A DNA stretch of 10,176 bases from Selaginella moellendorffii (taxonomy: Eukaryota > Plantae > Lycopodiophyta), in contig NW_003314595.1 of the NCBI RefSeq assembly GCF_000143415.4, forward strand, positions 1 through 10,176. The letters are read 5' to 3'. The notes under the pieces are model-generated. The model was not told the DNA's origin, searched no databases, and saw only the letters and a program-made list of their open reading frames with translations. The translations under genes and the position numbers were made by a program. Below, in pieces: positions 1 through 6,917 of the stretch (its first letter is position 1; the number at the start of each line of letters is the position of its first letter).

Positions 1-61
1 GAAAACCCTCGCAACGAAGCAATGAAGAAGAAACGAATATTCATGTTTTTAAATTTATTCC

Positions 62-228
62 CGCCCTCGCATACAAGATCCTAGCCGACCACGTGGCAAG
101 GCGAGCGATTCAAATGAATTACCATGCCAGCCGAGCATTACCATGGCGTTCTTTGTTTTTAATTTGACGGCGTAAGCTCTGGTGACTGCCCCGCATACAC
201 GATCGTCGCCGACCACGTGGCGAGGCCA
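62..228 (+). promoter_or_regulatory. Two imperfect ~42-bp direct repeats, each carrying an overlapping DRE/CRT core (GCCGAC) and G-box/ABRE (CCACGTGGC)
   Basis: cgccctcgcatacaagatcctagccgaccacgtggcaaggc (~62-102) vs tgccccgcatacacgatcgtcgccgaccacgtggcgaggc (~187-226). GCCGAC is at 84-89 and 208-213, CACGTG at 90-95 and 214-219 (124-bp period), 135-270 bp upstream of ATG 354. Confidence 0.6.
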
Positions 229-353
229 TGGTGGCCGTGGCAGCAGACCATTTCCAGGTTTAACGACTAACTGCTATAACATTGTCACGCGAACAGAGTG
301 GCGGCAGCTCCGGCGGCGCAATGCTCTCGGGGTAGCGCGAGCATGATCCAGCC

Positions 354-1581
354 ATGGAAGCTCTCAATGGCGTCAAGAAGAGGCATTTCAGGGTAGAGGG
401 TTTCCAGTGGCCCTTCTCGCGCGTGGCTATGGAGTGGAGGCCTGGCGCCGGCACCGCCAAGCGCAAGAAGATCTCCAGCGACATCAATGTCGCCACTCCT
501 CCTCCTCCTCCTCCTTTACTTCCTCACCCTTCCTCACTCCTCTCCCTCCGGCAGCTCAATCACTCACCACCACCGCACGATCCAAACTTTCTCCGCGCGC
601 TCCAGGCCAATGCTCTTCGGACAATGTCGGTGAATGGGAAGGGCTTCCTATCGAATCCTTGGTCGAACAGGGCAGCTTGGTCCAGGGTCCAGAGCACGGT
701 CGGGTCGAAGAAGGATCACGGTGGGGATTTGATGAACAAGAAGAGGCAGCTGGAGCTGTGGGACTTCGCGGGGTTCTCTCGTGAGAAGTTAAAGCTTCTC
801 AATGAGATTGAGGTGCTCATCGACTCGGAGGAGAATGCTTTGAACATGGAAGCTTCTGCTAAGGTTGGTCGAAGGCTCCTTCTTTCTTGAGTTTAGACCA
901 TCGTTTTATTTCTTCTTTCTTCTTTATAGGCCGCGGAAGGACGTCTTCGAAGCTTGCTGGATATCTGCGTATGCTCTCAATGCCAGGAGAATATAGAGAA
1001 CAGGATAGCTCTACAAAGCGTGAGAACCAAAGGTTTGGACGATGGCAAGGTTATTTCAGCAAGAACGAATGTAGCGACTGCAAAGCAAGAGGATCAGACA
1101 GCACCAGCGCTGGAAGGTCCCAAAACCACGAAGGTGACACTTAGATATAGTTTTCTAGGTCGGAAGTATTGCTTTGGTTGCGTGCTCTCAGCTTCCAGGA
1201 ACGATGAAGAGAGATTTCACGAAGCAGGAGTCTCTCGAAAAGGAAAGAGAGAAGGAGAGGCGCTTCTTTCTTGGAAATGTGAAAGAAGCCATGGAGCGTG
1301 ACCGGGTTGCGCTTGACAACTTTCTGCAGAAGCAGAGGCTCAAGCATGAAGTGTCTAAGCAGAAACTTGGCGAGGTGAAGGGGAGCTTTCTTGGGAAGTA
1401 TCTGAGCTTTCTTGACAACTCACTGGACGATGCTCTCCAAAAGGACGATTTAAGCGACAAGCACGACCAGGTTTTCAAGTCTTTTACGTGTTGCTTTATT
1501 TGATCTCGAGGTCTCACTTTAGATTTCCTGTGTTAGGATTCAGAAGGTTTGGAGGATCCTTCCAAACTTCGCAAGGATTAA
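354..1581 (+). CDS. Spliced gene for a hypothetical ~345-aa protein (basic NLS-like patches, poly-Pro, charged coiled-coil-like C-half); exons 354-863, 930-1133, 1192-1470, 1537-1581
   Basis: Three short phase-0 GT-AG introns (864-929, 66 bp; 1134-1191, 58 bp; 1471-1536, 66 bp) with pyrimidine-rich 3' ends join ORFs 354..890, 954..1301 and 1174..1503 in frame (...MEASAK|AAEGRLRSLLDICVCSQC...PKTTK|LPGTMKR...DKHDQ|DSEGLEDPSKLRKD*). No family recognised. Confidence 0.65.
498..515 (+). repeat. (CCT)6 microsatellite encoding Pro6
   Basis: cctcctcctcctcctcct in frame in exon 1 (ATPPPPPPLL). Confidence 0.9.
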
Positions 1582-2418
1582 ACTCCTGAGCTGGAACGAT
1601 CTTCTGAAAAGTCAGATGAAGTAACCGCGCGAACTTAACTTAGCTTTGCTGGCGCCGCCTTGTCTAGACACTAGAAAACGGAGGACATGCCTCGTAGTGA
1701 ACTGAAGCCAATCCGGCAGCCAGATTGCGAGAAGGCTGGTAGACCGCTTAAACCGAATCGCCACGAGGAGTTTGCGGGAACCAAGGCTTAAGCACTTCCA
1801 TAGGAGTTCTTGACAGAGAGATCAGGTGTCATGCTGCCAGGCTGCTAGGATTGTCTTCCAGACAACCTCTACATCCAAGACGTTTGATCGGCTTGGATCG
1901 AACGTAACAAGAAGAATACTCCAGGATTTTATGTGATCCAACACCTCCAGATGGTCAATGTGATCTTTCTTTCAGTAAGATATTTTTCTTCACTGGCTAG
2001 ACTAGGCTCTCACAACAATGGGGCGATCCGATGCTCGAAGAGGCTGACCGACGCAAATCCGCCGCCCCTATCTTCCATCGGATTAAGCTCTCTGTGCGAC
2101 CGACGATGAGAATGGGAGCTCGAGAATGAGTCCAGTGTCAAGGTACGAGCTTGACCCCAGGGCAAGCTTTTCTACAATCGCGTTGGAACCTTCGTTCGAG
2201 AAAAATCTCGAGGTATGGAGACAGCAATTCCACCGCTAACTAAGGTTCGCGCCTAGATCAAACTATTCATAGCAAGATCTTGTATGATTCCAGATCAAGT
2301 CCAATCTCGCCGAGAAACATTGACGAACTGCCGAGTTTTCTGTATCTCCGGAAGTTTACGAGGCAAACATTTTTGTTTTAAATTTCAAATGAACGAATAT
2401 ACTTCGACTTGGGCGGGA

Positions 2419-3174
2419 CATTTCCAGGTTTAACAACTAACTGCGAGTGGCAGCAGCTCCGGCAGCCTCGGTGGTAGCGCGAGCATGATCCGGCCATGGA
2501 AGCTCTCAATGGCGTCAAGAAGAGGCATTCCAGGGCAGAGGCTTTCCAGTGGCCCTTCTCGCACGGCCTGGCGCCGGCACGACCAAGCGCAAGAAGATCT
2601 CCAGGGACATCAATGTCGCCACTCCTTTTCCTAGGCTAATGCTCTTCGGACAATGTCGGTGAATGGGAAGGGCTTCCGATAGAATCCTTGGTCAAACAGG
2701 GCAGCTTGGTCCATGGTCCAGAGCACTCGGCTCGAAGAAGGATCATGGTGGGGATTTGATGAACAAGAAGAGGCAGCTGGAGTTGTGGGACTTCGAGGGG
2801 TTCTTTAGTGAGAAGTTAAAGCTTCTCAATGAGATTGAGGCGCTCATCGACTCCAAGGAAAATGCTTTGAACATGGAAGCTTCTGCTAAAGTTGGTCGAA
2901 GGCTCCTTCTTTCTTGAGTTTAAACCATCGTTTTATTATTTCTTTCTTCTTTCTAGGCCGTGGAAGGACGTCTTCAAAGCTTGCTGGATATCTGCGTATG
3001 CTCTCAATCCTAGGAGAATATACAGAACAGGATAGCTCTACCGAAAAGTAAAGAGAGAAGGAGAGGCCCTTCGTTCTGGGAAGTGTGAAAGAAGCTATGG
3101 AGCGTGACCAGGTTGCACTTGACAACTTTCTGCAGAAGCAGAGGCTCAAGCATGAAGCGTCTAAGCAGAAACTT
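2419..3174 (+). pseudogene. Truncated, deletion-riddled direct duplicate of 249-1368 (the gene at 354)
   Basis: Highly similar blocks run from catttccaggtttaac (249 / 2419) to ctaagcagaaactt (1368 / 3174), with ATG at 2496. It lacks about 275-295, 423-438 (16 bp, frameshift leading to an early TAA), ~501-599 and ~1014-1235 of copy 1. Intron 1 is retained (2891-2956). Confidence 0.9.
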
Positions 3175-3177
3175 AAA

Positions 3178-3370
3178 CCCGAGAGGCTATTCGCAACGTA
3201 TACGAATCGTGGCCAATAGGCGAGCAAGCTGGTGGACTCGAGGAGCTTTGAGCGACGTTGGAACACAATCGAGGCATATCCCGGAATGATCATCATGGAG
3301 GCGCTTGAAATTTTTTGGAGCTCATGCCCGAGTGTAACGGACTAATTTTTCCGATGCCATGCCAGAGAAT
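3178..3370 (+). pseudogene. Highly decayed PPR-like fragment
   Basis: Broken translation LFATY..G.*..LVDSRSFE..WNTIEAY...EALEIF..(L)MPE...F.DAMPE resembles S/P-type PLS PPR motifs (LVESRSFFD, WN.L..GY, ALEIF in the PPR at 8370-9431). It contains stops and frameshifts. Confidence 0.45.
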
Positions 3371-3554
3371 GGTTTCTTAAGGTAAATTAGGGTACGTTCT
3401 TTGAATGCTGCGTGCTGCAGCACAACCAACAATTGGAAAAGTTGAGAAAGTTCTTTATTGCTATTCTCCTTGTATGGTGGAACCATGTGTAAGTTGTTGA
3501 CTAGCAAAAGCCCCTCAAGGATCTAATCCATAAAATTTGTAAATTTAGGGTTTG

Positions 3555-4225
3555 ATGGCAAAGGATGAGTTTAATATTACTATTAACAGTAACTCAAAGT
3601 TTATGAGTGAAGTTATGAGGACTTTGACTGTATTACCAATGATTCTTGATTATGATATAATTTTAGGTTCACCTTGGATACATAAACATTGCTTAGAGTT
3701 AGACTGCAATAGCATAATAAATACTCTAACATTTGAGGACTACATGTTGCCTCATGGGTGATTACAACTTATCTAAGACCAGAAAAATACAAGAGAATAA
3801 ATCAACATATACATACTGTGGGAAATCAATGATCAGAAAATCAGAATTGAAATAGATAATGGTTGTGCAAGTTCTGGAATACTTATCAGGAAACTCGGGG
3901 TTAAAGTAGTTCACGATTCCAAGTATTTTGCAGAAAGGCTAACTCCATAAGTTCAAATGAAAGTTATGGAATTGGTATGTTATAACTAAACTTTTTAGAA
4001 AGAAGAAATTTTATTAGTCTAGAAGATTATAGAGAAACCATATTTCTTGGGATTGACTGGCTTCATAATCACTCAGCAATAATTAACTACAGGAATCATA
4101 TTGTTACTTTTATATCCAAAGAGTTGGATTGTTGGTATAGATTTCAATACCCATCTGGTATATATGAAGCAAGTAAAGATAGATTTGGCAAAGAGATGAG
4201 TAGTTTGTGTTGGTGCTCATTTTGA
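3555..4225 (+). pseudogene. Pseudogene paralogue of the tandem retropepsin-like aspartic protease gene at 5822-6868
   Basis: Same start context (aatttagggtttgATGGCA). Recognisable segments: DEFNIT..LTVLPMILDYDIILGSPWIHKHCLELDC, RKYKRINQHI, INDQKIRIEIDNG (DNG at 3855-3863), IFLGIDWLHNHSAIINYRNHIVTF..ELDCWYRFQYPSG..SKDRF..SLCWCSF* (TGA 4223-4225). The first DSG segment is deleted and there are several frameshifts and stops. Confidence 0.88.
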
Positions 4226-4469
4226 CCACAAATTTAATAAATACTTTTTTAGCACAGTCCATTTTGTTTGGTTTGTTTTGCATTACCAGATTATGGTCTT
4301 TTCATGCCTTTCCATTGTTGGTAATTCTTTTGAAGAAAGCAAGGGTGCAAGATGATACATTAATTATGGGAAATTGACTACAAGTTATATATGTAATTTT
4401 CTTTAGTATATGTGAAAGTTAGCACAAAGGTGATTGTTTTGGTATGTACATAGTATAAGTCTGCCTCCT

Positions 4470-4491
4470 TGATCAAGTTATGATCAAGTTA
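4470..4491. repeat. Perfect 11-bp tandem duplication (TGATCAAGTTA)x2
   Basis: tgatcaagtta at 4470-4480 and 4481-4491. Confidence 0.85.
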
Positions 4492-5076
4492 CGATGGAGC
4501 CAGAGATCACAAATAAGAGGTAACACTTAAGTAGTTTAGTAATCTTCAAAATAATGCTGCATGCCATGTATAGACACGTATTTATTCCAAGTCATAAGTT
4601 TGTATTTTATACATTTAGAAAAAAAGAAAACTATGTAGAAAATTTGGATAAATTTTTGTCATAAGAAATACTCAATGAAATATTATAGTTGTTCAAAGTT
4701 CTAATCTATGTTGGTGCTTAGTGTTAAACAATTTTAATAAATAATTTCAATCAAATATACCACGAATATCCAATAATATTTCAATCCAATGCTAAATAAA
4801 AAACTAATAAAATAACAATAATGTAAATATAAATAAGATATACCTGGCGTTTAATTTGGGTTAATATAAATGAAACCATAATTGTTTCAAATTAAAAAAA
4901 TGAATAATATTTTTTAATAGTGAGTATTCTTTATAACTATAATATTATTTTGAAAATATAAATAATCATTCTCTTTCTGTAAAACTTTATACATATGTAT
5001 AAATATAAATGTTATATTTTTTAGTGAAAATTTTATTTGTAGTTTTCAATTTATCTAAATTTTTGGTTTTCATAAG

Positions 5077-5705
5077 CAAACCTGTAGAAGGGTAGTGGAT
5101 ATATCTAAAATATGCTTGGATATTTTAAGATATTTTCTAACAGTTGTTATTCATTTAAATTAATCTTGTAAACTTTCCTAAACACTTCTTAATATATTCT
5201 AGTTTATTCTACAGTCAAATGGTTGATATTAAATAAGATTAATCTTGTGTCTATAAATTATCAATATCTTTATAATTATAAAAGTTTCTTTGATCAAATG
5301 GATTAATAAATAAAAATAATATTACTATTAAGAATTAAGTATTATTGCATGCAACGTGCACCAAATTATTTGTTTGCTTAACCAAACCTATAAGGGGATG
5401 ATTATACCTAGAATATGCTTGGATATTCTAGGATATTCTACCATCTAACAGTTGTTATTCATTTAGATTAATCTTGTATCTCTAATTTATAAATATGGTT
5501 TTAATTTATATAAACACTAAACGCTTTCTAGGATATTCTAGTTTAATCTAATATCATATTCAATAAGATTAATCTTGTGTTTATACATTATCAACATGTT
5601 AAAAATTATAAACTTTAATTGATCAATTGGATTAATTTAGAGAAATAACACTTCTATTAAACAAACTAAGCATTGAATTTAGCAATGTGTAGCAAAGTAT
5701 TTCTA
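5077..5705. repeat. Diverged tandem duplication, units ~5077-5382 and ~5383-5705, each with an internal sub-repeat
   Basis: Shared ordered blocks: caaacct, aatatgcttggatatt, tctaacagttgttattcattta, ttaatcttgta, atattctagttta, aataagattaatcttgtgt, ttatcaa, ttgatcaa.tggattaat. Confidence 0.85.
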
Positions 5706-5761
5706 CTTATGATAATATTTATTCAAACAGAATCAAAATATAAAACAATTTATGTTATGAC

Positions 5762-5995
5762 ACATGTCCAGAGAGGTATATGTCCATGAGAGAGGTCCCC
5801 TTGGTCCACAAAAGCCAGAGCTCAAGCATGCACGGCTTTGCCTTTAGAACTCAAAAACTCCAAGCTTAACAATGTATTGGTCAACAATCTGATCCTGTGC
5901 AGTAAGAATTGTGATGTGATTTGGAGAACCATTCTTATCCATCCTAAAGAATTGCTCCAGAGCTTGCTTGCCTTTGCCATAACCAAGACTGAGGC
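5762..5995 (-). pseudogene. Captured PPR gene fragment homologous to 8444-8716
   Basis: Collinear DNA similarity, e.g. gtccacaaaagccagagctcaagcatgcacggctttgcct vs gtccacaaaagcgagagctcgagcatgcacggccttgcct, and agagcttgcttgcctttgcc/cataaccaagactgaggc vs agagcttgctcgcctttgcc/cataaccaagagtgaggc. There are several small deletions. Confidence 0.88.
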
Positions 5996-6868
5996 CCTTT
6001 TTTTTTGGTGGCACCAACATAAACTATCTGTCTCAGTAACAAATCTATCTTTACTGACTTCAAATACACCATTTGGATATTGAAGTCTATACCAGCAACC
6101 CAATTCACTAGATTTAAAAGTAACAATATGATTCCTGAAGTCAATTATTGCTGAGTGCTTCTTAAGCCAATTCATCCCCAAAATTATGGTATCTATATTC
6201 TCTTTTATACCAATAAAATCTGTACTTTCTGAAAAGCTTCCCATTTTATACGTTAAATTCTCAATTCCATAACCATCTTTCATTTGCACATCTGCAGTTA
6301 ATCTTTTTGTAAAATACTTGTAATCACGAATTGCTTTGAGCCCAAGTTTCTTGAGAAGTTGAAGTGATATAGCTGACCAATCAGAACCATTATCAAATTC
6401 AATTGTGATGTGATGATCATTGATTCTCCCACTGTATTCTGCATAATGAAAAGTAGTACATATATGTTGATTTATTCTCTTGTATTTTCTGCACTTATAT
6501 AATTGGTAGTGATCATCAAGGGCACCATCAATCTCCTTGAGGCAATATATAGAATTATTGACCTCAAAAGTTAAACTGTTTATAGTGCCACTGCAGTCTA
6601 ATTTTAAGCAATGTTGATGTATCCAAGGTGAACCCAAAATTATATCATGATCAAGAATCAATGGTTTTACAGTCAAACTTGTTTTAAATTCACAATCCTC
6701 CACCATAAACTTGAAATCTTTAACTTGTGAATTACTCTCCACAGTAATATTGAATTCATCTACTAATTTCTGTGAGATAATATCACGGTCACAACCAGAA
6801 TCCCAAAAAACATTGATTTTCCTCTCCAACCCATGATCCCCAGATAACCTTCCAAAAGTTTCTGCCAT
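5822..6868 (-). CDS. Intronless protein with two tandem retropepsin (Ty3/gypsy-type aspartic protease, clan AA) domains plus a PPR-fragment-derived tail; 348 aa from ATG 6868
   Basis: Domain 1: INVFWDSGCDRDIISQKLV (DSG 6802-6794) ... DHDIILGSPWIHQH. Domain 2: GRINDHHITIEFDNGSDWSAISLQLLKKLGL (DNG 6394-6386) ... DTIILGMNWLKKHSAIIDFRNHIVTF. Both match the hydrophobic-D[ST]G...IS and ILGxxWL signatures of retrotransposon proteases, with N at the S/T position in domain 2. Confidence 0.8.
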   Translation of the reverse strand: MAETFGRLSGDHGLERKINVFWDSGCDRDIISQKLVDEFNITVESNSQVKDFKFMVEDCEFKTSLTVKPLILDHDIILGSPWIHQHCLKLDCSGTINSLTFEVNNSIYCLKEIDGALDDHYQLYKCRKYKRINQHICTTFHYAEYSGRINDHHITIEFDNGSDWSAISLQLLKKLGLKAIRDYKYFTKRLTADVQMKDGYGIENLTYKMGSFSESTDFIGIKENIDTIILGMNWLKKHSAIIDFRNHIVTFKSSELGCWYRLQYPNGVFEVSKDRFVTETDSLCWCHQKKRASVLVMAKASKLWSNSLGWIRMVLQITSQFLLHRIRLLTNTLLSLEFLSSKGKAVHA

Positions 6869-6869
6869 C

Positions 6870-6917
6870 AAACCCTAAATTCCCTACCCTACAGATCCTA
6901 GAGTGTGGGAATTTATA
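6870..6917 (-). promoter_or_regulatory. Putative TATA box and telo-box upstream of the protease ORF
   Basis: Minus-strand TATAAAT at 6917-6911, ~43 bp before the ATG. AAACCCTAA (telo-box, TTAGGGTTT on the sense strand) at 6870-6878 is also conserved before the paralogue's ATG (TTTAGGGTTT 3544-3553). Confidence 0.4.

Larger units (their letters stand above)
4230..5760. other. Very AT-rich non-coding spacer between the convergent protease paralogues (possibly TE-derived)
   Basis: No ORF >60 aa in the ORF track. Long A/T runs contrast sharply with the roughly balanced composition of 250-3400 and 7400-9800. Confidence 0.7.

Noticed and set aside
260-1517. ORFs 260-496(-), 407-784(+), 887-1144(+), 1141-1347(-), 1188-1517(-) as separate genes
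   Set aside because: Alternative-frame or antisense shadows of the spliced gene at 354-1581.
1800-2360. Possible additional exons or gene between the duplicates
   Set aside because: Some splice-like signals are present, but I could not build a consistent open frame or recognise any homology.
2419-3174. Repeats 249-1368 / 2419-3174 as the LTR pair of a retroelement
   Set aside because: The repeat is an intron-containing coding gene, lacks TG...CA termini, and the interval has no retroelement features.
5077-5705. CRISPR-like array suggested by recurring palindromic motifs
   Set aside because: The intervening sequences are homologous to each other (tandem duplication) rather than unique spacers, the context is eukaryotic, and there are no cas genes.
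3500-6900. Autonomous Ty3/gypsy retrotransposon or endogenous pararetrovirus
   Set aside because: Only protease domains are recognisable. I saw no gag zinc knuckle, RT YxDD, RNase H, integrase, LTR pair, PBS or PPT.
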